From: Bilabrum cf. latius
Taxonomy: Eukaryota
Assembly (NCBI GenBank): GCA_965178125.1
Contig: OZ237747.1
Location: 372,001 to 436,000 of the forward strand
Direction: 5' to 3'
Length of the DNA stretch: 64,000 nucleotides
The position numbers and the translations under genes are program-made. Under the pieces are notes generated by a model. It worked only from the letters and a program-made list of their open reading frames with translations, made no database searches and was not told the DNA's origin. This document shows positions 48,851 through 62,474 of the stretch, one piece after another. Numbering within the stretch: position 1 is the stretch's first letter; the number at the start of each line of letters is the position of its first letter.

Positions 48851-51800
48851 ATGGATAAAACTCCAACTGCAAGAACTACATCGCGCACAGCTACCGGGCG
48901 ATCCGCTAGCAATGCTGGTGCAAACTCTGGCAAGCTCTCTGGGGGTCGACGGAGGCACCAAGGCTCTTGGCGAGGCATTCTGTACGCATCGGGCATTCTG
49001 GGGCCGGTCAATGCTTTGACTGTGAACCGATGCTGTGAAGTGGGGTTGGAGCCACCGGAGTGTCTCCCCCCAAGGCTTCCGCCAGCAGTACCGCAGGAGT
49101 CTGCGGGACACTTGGTCCGTGCGCGGGTGGTCGCAAGGGCCAGCCAGGATCCGGCCCACTTGAGCAGCGACATTGCCATGTTCCGCCTCCCACACCACGA
49201 ATCACATGTCTCACTGGGCCGGCTGCCTGACCCTGTTGATCCCCCATGCATCCGGTTCGACCCTTCGGAAGGCAGTGCGGGTGCAAGGGCGCACAACGCA
49301 GCTGTGTTCCAGAGCTACGGCGTGAAATACGGCTAGCAGGCGGCCCAGGCCCAGGCATCGGCTGCCAGCTCATCGTACACGGAGTGGATGGTGCGTCCGC
49401 CGCCCACACGGCTTTAGCTGGAGAGCCGAGGCAGGGCAGGGACTGGAGCCGGCAAGAAGCGCGCTAGGCAGGGGCATTCTGCCGCCTGGTCCAAGGGCCC
49501 AAGCAGCGACACGGTGCAGCTGCCCGTGCTGCCCCCGGGGCTGAGGTACGCCATCGATGCGGTTTACGCTGAGCAGGCTTGGCTGCGGCTGGGTCCTCCG
49601 AGACAGGAAGTGCTTGCCGCGATGGACGCTCAGGCGAAAGCAGCGGCACGCCGCGGGCCCAAACACTCCCCTGGGGTGGACCTGGGCCGACTGAATAGAA
49701 TGCTGGACGACGACACCTTGGACCTGCTGGAAGATGACATCGATGACGCTGCATACGATGCTCATGCCGAGGCGCGCGGGGGCGATCCGAGCGGTGCCAA
49801 GGATACAGCCGGCCTCGATTCCGCGGAAACGGACGAGGAGTTCGATGACAGGATCAAAGATCGGCTGGCGAGGTTTTGGGAGCGCGGTGTGGGTCCTTTC
49901 TTCGCCCCATTGTGCTTTGGAGTGCTGCAGCCGATCGTGTGGCATGCGAGGCGAGGTGCCAGGTCGGGGCAACCAGCCGGGGCCGCGAGCAGCAATTGGC
50001 AGTATGCTTAGCAAAGCAGTCTGAATGACGTGCTGCTGGCGAGTCGGTGCGAGGAACCCTGTCCGTGGCTGGGACCTGATGCACCAGAAGACGATGAGGG
50101 TGCAGCAGGCGGTGGCTCTGGTCCCGGCGACAGGCTGAGCTGGGACGATCCTGCCTCCATTGCAGCGGGGTGCCTAGTGCCGTTCGTTGGTGATCCTGTG
50201 CGGCCGCGCAGTGCACCTGAGTGGGACACCCCCTTCAGGGGTACTCCTTCGAGCAGCAGCAGCGCAGTCGCTCGCAAGCTGGACGGACACGGCAGCCAGT
50301 CTCACGAGGATTGGCCCCCTGCCTGGCTGAGTGACACTCCCCTCGAGGACGGGCAGCCAGTGGCGGGCTCGTTCGCGGGAGTGGTGAGGCAGGGCATCGC
50401 TCGGGTGTTGATGCAGCGGAGGGGGCGCGCAGGCGTGGCTGCGTTCAGGGTGACTGCGCGTCGGGAGGGTGCCTCACAGAACGGATCCAGTGCAGCTGAG
50501 CTGCTTTGGTGGAAGCCCCTTGTGCCAGACGTTTGGGCACTGCGCACGTCGCCCGAGGATGGGGGTGCAGATGACTGCGAGGCGGATGACGATACGGTAG
50601 ACCAGACCGAGGATGAGGCGTATGAACAAGCAAAGGACGAGAATGAGGACGAGGACGAGGACGAGGACGAAGATGCAACCAGCTAGCCATCAAGAGCTAG
50701 GACTGTGGCCCCTAGCACGGCCAAGTCGGGGCGGCAGAGCGCTCGCAAGCGCTAGAGCCGCACGCCAAATCCGCGCACGCCGACTGTCCCGACTAGAGAA
50801 CCGAGGTCGCGCCGCGCCGCCGCGGCGTTCTCGACCGGGACGCAAACCGATGGCAAGGAGCGTGCAAGCGGGTCTGTGAACCTGAGCTATGACTCGTCTC
50901 CCCTGTCCCTTGAGCTTGCAACGCTGCTTGCTCGGCTGGATACCCTGCAGAAAAGCAACGATGCCATGTGCAGGGAGGTTCTCGAGCGGGTGCATGCCTC
51001 CGGTGAGGCCAGGTATGCGCGATCGAATGTGGGCTGTGGAATGCCCGAGGTCGAGACGGCCCCGCAGGATCCGGTGGAAAAGCTCTTGGAAAGCAAGTGG
51101 CCCGACCACAGGTACTCGCCGTACGCCACCGCTGGTGGCTTGCCGTTGCCGCCGTCGCTGCCCCAGTCGTACCTGAATCGGTACGCATGGGAGCCTAGCC
51201 GCGGTGCAAGCGGTTCGACTCCACCTCTACCTGCCCGACCTGACCCTTGCTGGGCCGCGGAGCAGCGCGACGGCCTTGAGATGGAGGAGCTCGGCAGGCC
51301 ACGCAAGCGAGTCGGGGCGCCGATTCCCTGGCTACCACGCAATCTCATGTGGGAGCTGGCGATGGAGCGGGAGTGGCTGAACTGCGAGTCTTGGCTGCTT
51401 GCTCGATCTAGCATATTTAGGGGCGTACGGGATCGCGTTGGCGGGTTTAACAAGAGGCGGGCGGAGATCGTGCCGGCCAGCTGGGCCATCCGCACTGAGG
51501 GCAGGCCCACAGCGGAGCAGCTCGCTGCGAAAGCAGCGGGCAAACCGAAGCAAGGCCAGGACTCCTCTGGTGCAGATTCGTCAAAATCGAAGCCGGGTCT
51601 CAGCTTTGCGGCTCCGGGCCTGGCGAGCGATGAGGCTGTGAATCGAGCGGCTGAAATGGCCGCAGGCTTGGCTGTGCATAGTCGGTCCGGCTTGGCGCAC
51701 AGGGGCGGGAAGCCTGGCATGCCGCTGGCCGAGGCCCTTGACGAAGGCAGGCAGGTAGTTGCGGGTCTGAAAGACGGTGATGAGCTTGCATCCGCGGAGC

Positions 51801-54800
51801 CACATGTTGCCAACGCTGTGTGGGGGTTCCGAAAGGTCATGACAGACGCGAGCAATAAGAGAAGTGGTGGAGCTATCGGTGGCAGGGCCACTGGCACCAG
51901 TGGTGATGCAGAAGCAGGCGATGGCAACGGGAGCGGGGTCGTGAACTCTCGGGACGAAGGAGAAGACGACGTAGTGTGTAACGTCTGTTTCGATGGCAAG
52001 TCCTCGCCCAAGAACCAAGTCGTGATGTGCGACCGGTGCGACGTCGCAGTACACGCGGCGTGCTACGGAGTTGCTGAAATCCCCGACGGACCATGGCTGT
52101 GCGACGTGTGCCGAGAGGCAAAGCGAGCGCAGCATCTCTCGGGAGGAGGACCGGTGGGTAAGGCGCGCGCCGCTGCCGAAGTGCTGCTGGCCAGATGCTG
52201 CCTGTGTGAGTCGCGAGGCGGTGCGCTAAAGCTCACAGCGGACGGCAGATACGTCCATCCCATCTGTGCCATAACTTCGCAAGGCGTATGGATCGACGAC
52301 TTCTCCGAAATGAGTGGGATTGTGGCTCACAGTAGCGCCTCCGCCACAGTCAGGCGTGCGAGGCTGGCAAGCAGCGGACAGGCTCGCTCGTTTGCTAGGT
52401 ATGGATTTCGGTGCCGCTCCCCGGGCCACGTGCTGCGTCTGCTAAACGCCTCCCACAGCGCTCAGGCGGACCCAGGATCATTGTCACAGCATGTATCGGG
52501 TGCGTGCGTATCTACAGATGAAATGGGGGCGGCACTGAATTCGCCGATATGGACATATTCGTGTGGAGTGCTGCTGGGAGCAGGCGGCAAGAAGGCTGTA
52601 GAGGAGGTCCTCGCTCCAGATGATCACGAGATGAACCGAGATGCCAAATACATGAAGCAGAGAGCTATTGCCTACGCGCTTGCGCCTCCGGCACTGCCGG
52701 CGCAGCGGATGCTGACTGGGCAGGAGCTCATGGAAGGATCGAATGCGAGACCGCTCATCGAGACGCTTGGCGAGGGATAGAAGAGATCGAGAAGCGGTTC
52801 CTTGTCTCACGCCGTTCATACCGCCTCCAGAAGCAGCGCCCAGGCGACGAAGCAGTCTCATAGGCCTAAGAAAAGCAAGCAGGTGCCATCCAGTAGCCAC
52901 AATGGGGCATCTTAGCAGGCCCCGTCGCCAGCAAGCACCCCAAGCTAGAGCTCGCAGACAGTGGCGCAGCAGCGACTGTGGAAGGTTGTTTCCGAAGAGC
53001 CTATTGGGCTGGATATATTTCACCCTGAAGGAGCCTTGCAGCGACTGGTGCCTAGATGGCTCAAGCTCGACGACGATTCCGCGACCGGAACCATCCCAAA
53101 GGTCTCGGAGTCGCAGGCTATCACGATGGCCCGCGGCGGCCAACGCATTGGGATGCGGTACTCGTTTCCTAGCGAGGCCGTGAGCAAGTCGTCGGAGTAC
53201 TACCAGGGCTTGGAGCATGATGGTCCCTACTTCACGCTCGGTATGGACGAGATGAAAAAGTTTTCCGCGTGGCACCCCCCTCGCCGTTTCTTTGCAAAGG
53301 TCATGTTTGTGTTCCACAGGGATGAGGACGATGCGAAGGCGCGGTAGGAGAGGCTCGATCAGGTCGCGGCCGAGTCTGGCATCGCTGCCATGACCGGGGT
53401 GCCCACTAGTTTGGCCAAGAAGGAGCTTAAGGCGGTGGATCAAAAAGCTGACGGGAGCACATCGCTTCCAGTGAAGCCTGCATCGGTGTCAGGGTGCCCA
53501 AAGACCGTCCGCTTGGTGTTTCGCGTTCCGCCAAAGCATGTTGCTTCGACTATGCATATGGCGTGCAGGCAGAGGCCAGAGCAGGATGATATTCATGCCA
53601 ATGTCACCAGAGTAAGGCTGAAGCTCAACCGTGTGTTGCCGGATGTTCGCGCCGAGCAATCCTCAGCGCTTGCCAGCACTCCATCTGGGCGAGGGAGAGG
53701 GGGTCCCAGGTCAGCAGGAGCCGGGCATGGCGGTCGCTCAGATTTTGTGCTGCCGGACTCTTCTTTAGGCAGCAGCAAGCTGCAAAACGAAGGGACCTCC
53801 CTTGCTCGTGCATTCCGCAGCAAAATGCCCCAGCCCAGCCAGGAATAGCTTCAATTGAGGCGCAAGGAGGGATCTCTCGTCCGTCCACAGCGCGGTCTTG
53901 GGACGCACGAGCTCGTCCTGGCGCGCAAGCATAGTCGGTGCGAGCTGTGTGGCAGCTGCGAAGGCAGCATTGTTCTCGCATCTAGGGGAGGCCAGCCCGC
54001 ATCAGCGCCTGTGCATCTGCTGTGTGCTTGGCTGCACGGCTGGTACATCCGCTCTGGACCCATGTATCCGTCCCCAACCGTGTGTCCTGGGCTGCCGAAG
54101 CCGTGGTCCGACCCGAGGACGGACCTGGTAGGGAAGGTGGATAAGTTTTGGAGAATTGTAGGGCAGCCTCGACTGCCAAGAGTACCGCCAGCTTCCCAGA
54201 TGGAAGACGTCGTATTCCCTGGCGGCGGGAGTGGGCTTGCGCTGCAGGTGCTTGCACCGGCCAGTTCGGCTCAGTCCCAAACTCTGGCCAACCAGCAAGC
54301 TCTGATTCGAAGGGCGTACTTTCACAAGCCCAAAGAAGTTTGGATGCTGTACGCCGCTCGAAGAGATCACCTCAAGACCTCTGCAGCGCGTGCAGCATAG
54401 GCCATCGCGGATGCTCTGCATATGTAGCGCGTGCCTGTGCACAGTGTGCCGAGCATGAGCAAAGCATCATTGAGCGCCGCACCGTTATCATTTGCAGAAG
54501 ATTCGGTTGCGCCCAAAAAGTCCAAAGCGGTGACTCCGTCTGGCAGAGGCAAAACCAAGGCCGGTGGAAGGCCGAGTGGATCGGCTGCGTCTCACACGAA
54601 GCAAACGAAGCAAACGAAGCAATCAAAGCCGTAGAAAGCTAGCGAGCAGCAAAGAACTACCAAACAGGCAAGGAAATCATCAGAACGCGACCAGCATGCA
54701 GCAACCTCTCGGGCTGTGCCCGATGATGGGGAGCGAATCAATAAGCTTTTGCTCGGCGACCCCCGGCCGTAGCCGAGGTGGCTTTCGCAACCTGCATCCG

Positions 54801-57800
54801 CTGGCGCTTACTTGCTCTCCACGACTGCCATCAAAGATATCGCTGATGCAACCGATAGCGTGCCCGCTGCCGCCGTGCAGGCGCTAGGCGAGGCTCGCGG
54901 CACTCTCTTTGCACTGCGATTGCAGCTAGAGCAGGCACACAGGATGATGGAGCTTGTCGAGTACAGGGAGCGGCTGCGGATGGCATCTTTGGTCAATGAC
55001 GATCTCTGGTTTAATGAAAGCATCGATCGGGAGATCCACTTGGCTGGCGGTTAGGGTAGTCCCAGCAGCAGTAGCGGCAGCAGCCCCAGCAACAGTAGCA
55101 GCAGCAGCCCCAGCAGCAGTAGCAGCAGCAGCCCCAGCAGCAGCCCCAGCGGCAATAGCAGCAGCAGCCTCAGCGGCAGCAAGAGGAGCAGCACTACCAG
55201 CGGCGGTCAGAACGGCGAAAGCGAACTCGGACTCACTGTCCGTGTGTGCCCACCGCGTCATGTGCACCGACGGATCGCGGCATCTCGAGCGCCATCCGAT
55301 GCTGCGAGTGCCACTCTAGGCCGGCGGTCAAGCCCGGCGGAGTGTCAATCTGCCATCCAGTCGTACATGCAGTCGCGTTCTAGTGCGCTTCATGGTCTCA
55401 AGCACGCACTTGGGTCTCCCGTGCTTCGCCGGGCGCGCGATTCTCAGTCCTGGCGATATCCAGACCAGGACCGCTTGCCGGTGGGACCTGAAGCCGTGGT
55501 GCAAGCTGTAGGACAACGCGGAGTTGCGCTGCGATAGGTTGACCGCAACGATTCTGTAGGTGCTCCCAAGGATGCGGCCGGTCGGTCGGCTCCGTCTGGG
55601 ATGCAGGCGATGCTAGACGAGTCCGATGGCGAAGACGGTGGCGATACCGATGACAGCTCTGACGTTGACGAAGGTACTGCCTTCACCAGAGCACCGCTGC
55701 TCGCACTTGATGCTGAGCTCGCTGTAGCAAAGGATCTGGATCGCGATCGTGCTCTGGGCCATCCACTAGAATGGCCCCTCCATTAGGCTGGCGCAACGTT
55801 GGGGAAGTACCGTACAGATCGTCACGTCCGTCCGTCTGGTTTCGATCCAGCCGACTTCCGGACTTGGGCTCGCGAGGGATAGGTACGAGCTTCTCTTAGT
55901 CGGCTGCCGCGCTGGATACAACCGGCTTCATCGCTTCCTAGCGAGCAGAGCGCATCGGAGTATACCGTTGACGCTCACAAGACCCGAATGGCTGCTATGG
56001 GAGCTGCTTCGACTCGATAGGCTGCCATCGTGAATGCAGAGAACGAACGAGTGCCTGCGATGGGCTCGAACCCCGCCGCCGGCAGCACTTCAGCAGCTTG
56101 GGCCGGTTCAGGCGGAAATGGAAAGTCCAAGCCACCAAGGTTCGCAGGCGGCATCTGCATCGGGCCGCGCTCCTTCTCAGGGATCCCAAAGGGGCATGAT
56201 GAAGCATTGCCTTCGCACGATGATGTCCCCTTTGGTAGCGCCTTCGAGCAGCTGGGCAGCTAGCATGCCACGTTGGAGGCTGCGTTGGAGTCTTTGAAGC
56301 CTAGGTCGCAGGTTTCCTCAGCCAGCAGCAGCAAAAGCAGCAGTAGCAGCAGCAGCAGTAGCAGCAATGGTGCACAAGCAAAGAAGCCCAAGCGGCCCAA
56401 AGCCAGCGCCATGTGGGACGGGCCTCTACCTGACAGACATTTCACCCTGGAGCATGACGTGCTGGGAGCGGTGCGGCCCCATGTGGGGCCGACTAGCGGC
56501 TGCCAGCTCGTGTAGATGCCACGTTCCTTCGAGCAGCATGCGATCGCGACCAGCAAGCTTACCAAAGAGTAGCTTGCGAGCGAGGCCAGGGCTGCTCTGC
56601 TCATTGCTGCTATCGTGGACCTATACGACCCTGCAGCCGCTGCCATGCATTGCATCAGACGCAATTCGGTGGAGGTTGATGAGGCAGCCATGGCAAGCAA
56701 CCAAGTGACAGGCACCTCTGTGGGTGATGATGTCGCCGATGAGGCTGTTTGCAAACTGTTTCGGCTGCCCAAGATGGACGAATCGTTTGAGAGCTTGTCG
56801 GTGCCGAGCAAACGAGCCGCCGCGATCGTTGTCGGGGCATCCTACATGCTGGAGATGCCGTGCATTCCTGAACTTGAAGACGACTACTAGAGAAGGGTGT
56901 GCGACAGGAATCCGCTGGGGCAGGCTGCGTGGGTGCATGTGCCTCCTGGTCGGATGCCAGTGTACGAGCTGTGCCTGCAAGAGGCCAACACATCCAAATC
57001 GAACGACCCTTGGGACAGGCCGCCGCTCTAGTCCTTTGGCTCGCTGGTCCAGAGGCTGCAACTGCATGGACTCACGGACTTCGACGCCACTCACGAGCAG
57101 ATGTAGTTTTCTCTGCATGCAGTGAAGGACGCGACCCCGGTGAAGCATCCAGTGCACCGAGCGGCCTACATTGCAATTTCATCGTTCAAGCACGCCGAGG
57201 ATCGTACCGCTCATATGGCCGAAAGCTCCTCGCATAGCAGCTTCAACGCGTATGCTCGTCCCGGGTCTGAAGAGGCCATTTCAGCCAGTCTGGTGACGAA
57301 GCACTCGAGTAGGAGACAAGACTCCATGGCGGGCGCGGCATCGCCGCGGAAAACTGGCGCCGGAGCAATGCAGCGTGGACCACCCGGCGATACCTGGGAG
57401 TCAACCGGTGGATCAGCTGCATCTGCTACGAGTGGAAGCGAAAGCCCGCGGCAGCGCGGCAGCGGGTAGGCTGCAGCGGTCGGGACCCCGAAAGGGTACT
57501 CTGAGCTTGTCGGGGAGCAGGTACAAATTGGGAAGCGATACATCTGGAGCAAAAAGGTGCTTGCTCAGCTAGAGAGCATGGAGCGAAGCAAGGAGGCTTC
57601 AGCTGCGATGGTTCGAGCGTGTCTCGATGCCGGTTGGCCCAGACTAGATGGAGATCTGAGAGGGCTGTGCACGAAGCAAACGGAGGCCTCGAGGGCTGCG
57701 CTGCTGCAGGCCTCCAAGGGATTGTCATAGTCAGGCGGTGTAGGCTTGCTCTTTGCCAAGTGCAGTTGCTGCAGTTGCGTGTACTCTCTGGATGCACTGA

Positions 57801-58603
57801 GGGACGCCAACTCGTTCTACGGGTCACCTTAGGCCAAGCACACCCAGTGCTACCTCCAGGCCATGGGCCGGCTGCAGAACTCCTACTTTGACATCAGGAA
57901 CGAATCTGTGCAATGCAAGGCTCAGATAGATCCGAAGGTTGACGTGCTGCAGCACAGCGGCACGGATCGCATCCTCGGCGCGCCTTCAGAAGATAGCCTG
58001 CCCGGCCACTCTGCCCCCGGCGATGCCAGCCTAGTGATGTACCTGCAGCCGCTGTCGCCGGCATTGTCGCAGGAGTCTCCCGAGTCCGTGGTCATGTATG
58101 GTCTGCTGTCTTGCAACGACACATTCGTTTAGCACGCATGCAATGCTGGAGCGGCTCCCGAATCGTCGAGTGCGAGTGGCAGCTCTGGCAGCGGCGACAG
58201 CGAGTCCCTCGTGTGGCACAGGGACTGGGTGTGCCCGGCCTGTATTCACGGGCAGGGCCAGCAAATGGAAGGCAAGACCTTCTGGCTGCGGTCCGGCACG
58301 TACGGGATGCGGTGGCTGAAGGCGACCGCGTCGTAGTTTGAGGAGAGGAGCAGAACACACAGGTTATGGGTCGAGGTACCAGCCGATGCAATTGGGCACA
58401 CATCGCACGAGGATCGATCGCATGCGAGCGCAAGCAGTGCAAGTGGGGGCGATAGTGTCTCCAATGCAGCAACATCTGCCAGCAAACCCGACCGGCCAAT
58501 TGGAATGCTGGCTGTTGCTGCCGAGCGCGGCTGGAGTGGATTCTGGGACGTGCTAGACCTCTCCATGGTAGACGCCGTGTGGGACAGCGACAGCATTGCA
58601 TGA
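48851..58603 (+). CDS. Giant single-exon (3250 aa) BRPF/JADE/NTO1-like PHD (PZP) chromatin scaffold protein
   Basis: Continuous 9753-nt frame with ~29 TAG by my count and no TAA/TGA until 58601. PHD CNVC..MCDRC..VHAACYG....PWLCDVC, knuckle CCLC..RGGALK.T.DGRYVHPICA and the LRLQLEQAHRMMELVEYRERLR helix. Confidence 0.82.
55058..55182 (+). repeat. Coding Ser-rich imperfect repeat (agcagcagcccc / agcagt units)
   Basis: Repeated ccccagcagcagtagcagcagcag units in the frame of the PHD gene. Confidence 0.75.
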
Positions 58604-58765
58604 TTGGGGTGTGCCTCTGTCATACCTAAGTCAAATACCCAGCAGTGCCAGGAGGCTCGGGGGATCGATGTGATGCAAGATCGGGTTGCGGCACTTGGCC
58701 GGGGAGTTATCACCCTTGACATGCAAAAAAAAAAGACTTTCAAGATGAACGCAATTTCCTCAGGA

Positions 58766-61700
58766 TTACTTCCAATCGAGCACATCCTCGTAGAGACCAA
58801 GCACCCTGCCAACAGTGGTGCGATTGGTTGCCGCTAAGGGGCCATCCGTGCTGAGAACCGCGCGAGCATCGTTCGCCGCCTCACCAAGGTCCGTCCGAAG
58901 GCTGCTTAGTGTCGCAATAAAGTCGTCAGCATCGTTATCCTGGTGGTATTGCTCCAATTCAGTACTCGCAGCCCTGCTCACCAGTGCACCGGGTGACGCG
59001 GCGAGTCGCCAGCCAGGCCCAGCCAGCCGCCTTCCTGCGGCCCCCACGAGCTGCGTGCGGTTCAGGTAGTGTTTCATCTAGGAAGGAAACACCTGCTTGT
59101 CAATGACTCGCTTGATGAGTGCCCCACGGCGAGCATACCCCTGAGCGTACTGCAGAGAAGAAGATGCAAAGGCATCTGGAGAGTACCCGGAGTCTCGCAG
59201 CTTGCCACCAGCTGCATTCCACTCGACTCTGACAGACCCCACGAGGATATGCTCGTCGTACGGCTGCACCACTGGCTGTTGCAGCGGAGGGGTGAGTACG
59301 GTTGCCACTAGATTGTGACCATCATACGTGTACCAGCTCTATTCCGGGGATGTCTCTGGGTGCCTGACGAACGGCAGGTCGATTGGCTGCGTTGCGCCTG
59401 CCGGGCTCACCGCAGCTGCGCTGATTGGCATGCACGAGATCACTTCGATCTAGAACTATCGATCGCTGAGCATCCCATCATAAGACCCATTCACGAAGAT
59501 GTCGATGAACATGGACGCATCGGTTCGGTTGCGAAGCTAGAAGCTCGTCCAGCTGGCTCCCGCCGGAGCAGTCGCTGCTGCTTCCACGCCCCTCAGAGCA
59601 CCACCCTGCTCAGCGGTATCGGCAGCGTCGCCCGAGCTAGCGATCGGCGTGGTTGTGTTGGTCCACGCAAGGGTCACCCCATCGTCTTCGTAGAACGCGG
59701 TGGAGCCTGCCGCAGCTCCAGGGTACACCCGCACACCGACCCTCGGGTAGAAGGACCGCGTGCCGACCCCAACGGTGTCCATCGGGTCGTATGGCATGAA
59801 AGGCACCAGCGCGCCTGCGCGCACAAACATAGGTACCTCCGATACGTCCACATGCATTGAATGAAGCCCGCCACCGTCTTCGTGGAGAGGGACGAACGAA
59901 TGGCTAGCCTGTAGGATGGTGCTGCCGTTCCAGGCAGGCGAGCTGGCGCTGGCGTTCTGGAGCGAGGAAGGCCGCACCATGCCGCCCTGCAGCAAAGAGA
60001 ACCACCACTCTTCCGATGCACGCTACGACGCAGACGGGATATCGCCATGAAGCTCAACTGCGTTGCCTAAGCCGCTTCCAGGAAGCCACACCGACCACAA
60101 GGCCAGAGAGGAGTTCGGGTTCGATGGTGAGGTCACTGGGGACACGATCATGTCGGGTCCGAGCATGTACTGCTGCGTCACAGTACCATTCCTGTACGCA
60201 TCTTTGGCGAGCGGGTAGTGCAAGTACATGGGTCGGAGTGGTCCAACCCCGGTGTCATGCTGCACCCTCCACAGCGAGTAGTGCACGGGCAGCATCTCGT
60301 GTCGGCGAATCGCTGCCTCGCGCATCGACTGGTACTGCTCGTCCGGGAATAGCCAGATCACAGGCATGAATTGTCCCTGCCAGTCCCAGCCGCCCGGGAG
60401 GGGAATGCCAGACCCGTGGGTGCGGTACATGGCAGATACAGTGGCGGCCTGCACCCACCTCACGTTGAACTCCATCGCGCCCGGTATACCACCGGCGGCG
60501 TCGTGCGTCCACTGCCAGTAGGCGTTGGTTGCCGTCGAGGAGAAGTAAGGCAGGAACCGCAGCGAGTGCCACGACCGCTCGTAGTCGCCGCTAAACCCGA
60601 GCGTGCCGTCACGATGCTGCCCCATGCCCCCGTACCGCGACAGGCTCCAGCTCCGGACGTTCTCACCGCGCCGAGCCGCCGTGCTAGACCGGACGAAGTT
60701 GAGCAGGTAGGTTGGACTCCATCCGGGTATGCTCACGCCAGTGGATCCGCCTTGTTGCCAGTCTGTCCACTGCACTGCGGCGCCTGCACCGACCAGCCGC
60801 TGCACAACGATGTCCTAGAGCGCAAGCATGTAGTCTTCGTCGGTGGCGTTGAAGCGGATTGGATCGTTGTACGTCGGTGGCAGGCCCAGGGCCCGCTTCA
60901 TGGCCTAGTACTGCTCTTCGCACGGGTGCACCCCGTCCGCGTCATGAAGGTTCAGGCCCACCTGCAGCCCCCTCGCCAGCAGCTGGGCCATGGAGTCGTT
61001 GAAGCCGTACGGCGGGGCGAATGTGTTCGAGTCAGGCGTGTATCCCGTCCATCCGTTCGGTCCGACGCAGTCGCCGTGGAACTCCATATCGATGATGAGC
61101 ACGCTCAGTGGCCTGCGGGGCAAAAAAGGGCCGGAGCTTGCTAGGCAGGTACGGGCAGATCCTGTTTGAGGGGTCAGGTTTCATTTGCATGCGACTTACA
61201 GTGACCGCAACTTGTGCTGCTGCGCGATCTCCACGGCGTCATCCGCGCCAATGTCATACCACCTGCAAAACATGACGTCCAGCGGCGCGCGGGGTGGCAT
61301 GGCGGTCCTTCCAGACAGCCGGGCGAACGCCTTCAGAGCCCCCATGTAGTCGGCCCCATGCAGGGATATGTAGAAATCGAGTAGGTCGGTTCCGTTTGGG
61401 CTAGCACGGCCCTCGGCTGGCGCAGCAGGCCAGCCCGTTTCCGTCGCAAAGCGCGGGCTCGACGTGTCGTCGAGAACGAACCAGCCCTGGCTAGAAGGGA
61501 TTCCAAGCGAGCAGTGCAAGTCCTCATTGTGCGGCAAGACATCGCGATTTTGGCTGCAGTTCAGGTCCAAAAAGCCGCTCAATTCGTCGAGAGTCCTGAC
61601 AGTCCCGAACATGTTGCCTGACGCCGTCTAGCCGAGGCGCCAGGTGAACGGAGATCCCGAGATAGGATCGACGGACTCCGCTGAAATCGCAACTCCGTTT

Positions 61701-62035
61701 CCGTTTTCATCGCTTTGGTGGATATATATGCTCGACTGGTTCGTGTGTACTTGGAAGGTGCCGTTGATCGCGCGTGATTCGAAATGCACCGGCGGCACGT
61801 GCCGGTTCACGATAGACTAGGACTGCCTGTCGTCCCATTGTCCAGAATCATCTGATATCTAGACTCTGAATAGGGTCTCCCCAAGCACAGAGATTCTGTA
61901 TGCTCCGTGCACAACAACTTGATCCTACGGAGTCTTTGGATCCAAACCTGCAGGCTCCCACGTCGGAATTAGCGCGGATGCTACCTCCCAATTCGATACA
62001 CAAATCAAGTAGAATATATATGCCACGCCGTACAT
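58766..62035 (-). CDS. Secreted glycoside hydrolase family 31 (alpha-glucosidase/xylosidase-like, WxDWQQG type)
   Basis: Motifs GNMFGTVRTLD, PLSVLIIDMEFH, WTGY, LNLH, WTDWQQG, SRYGG.GQHR..GFSGD, YR.H, GPLRPMY and QYMLGPD..VSP. Intron 61113..61199. Many TAGs. Ends in TAA. Confidence 0.87.
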
Positions 62036-62474
62036 TGCCGTAATTGTTCCACGCGTGGTGCAGAATGCAGTTGCAGTTTCTAGGCCGTGCATGCACTGCA
62101 CGGTGGTGTCCGCCACGCGCCGTCCTGCTGATCCGCGAGCTCCCGTTCGGGACGGAGGAGGGCTTCCCGTAGTCGCAGGAGGAGCACGAGGCCTTGGTGA
62201 AGCAGGTGTTGGGGGCCAGGTTCGTGCCGGGGATGGGACCAGTGGGAAGGAGGAGGAGTTGACAGGAGTGGAGGAGGCAGGCTACGATTCGGGCGGGGTG
62301 CCGTTCGATGAGACACGCGCGACTTCGGTTCCGCAGCTTTCAGATAGGAATCGATGACCGATTAAGGTGTGGCCCACAGTGTGTGGTTGATGACTCAGAA
62401 TTAGGTTTTTGTATAACCCTTTGAAGCTTGGAACTGGACTTCCACGATAGATTGCTTGGAATCAAATACGCGGA

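Noticed and set aside
62055-62400. Short purine-rich plus-strand ORFs between GH31 and the ceramidase
   Set aside because: No recognisable motif or boundaries. It could be an element fragment, but that is unsupported.
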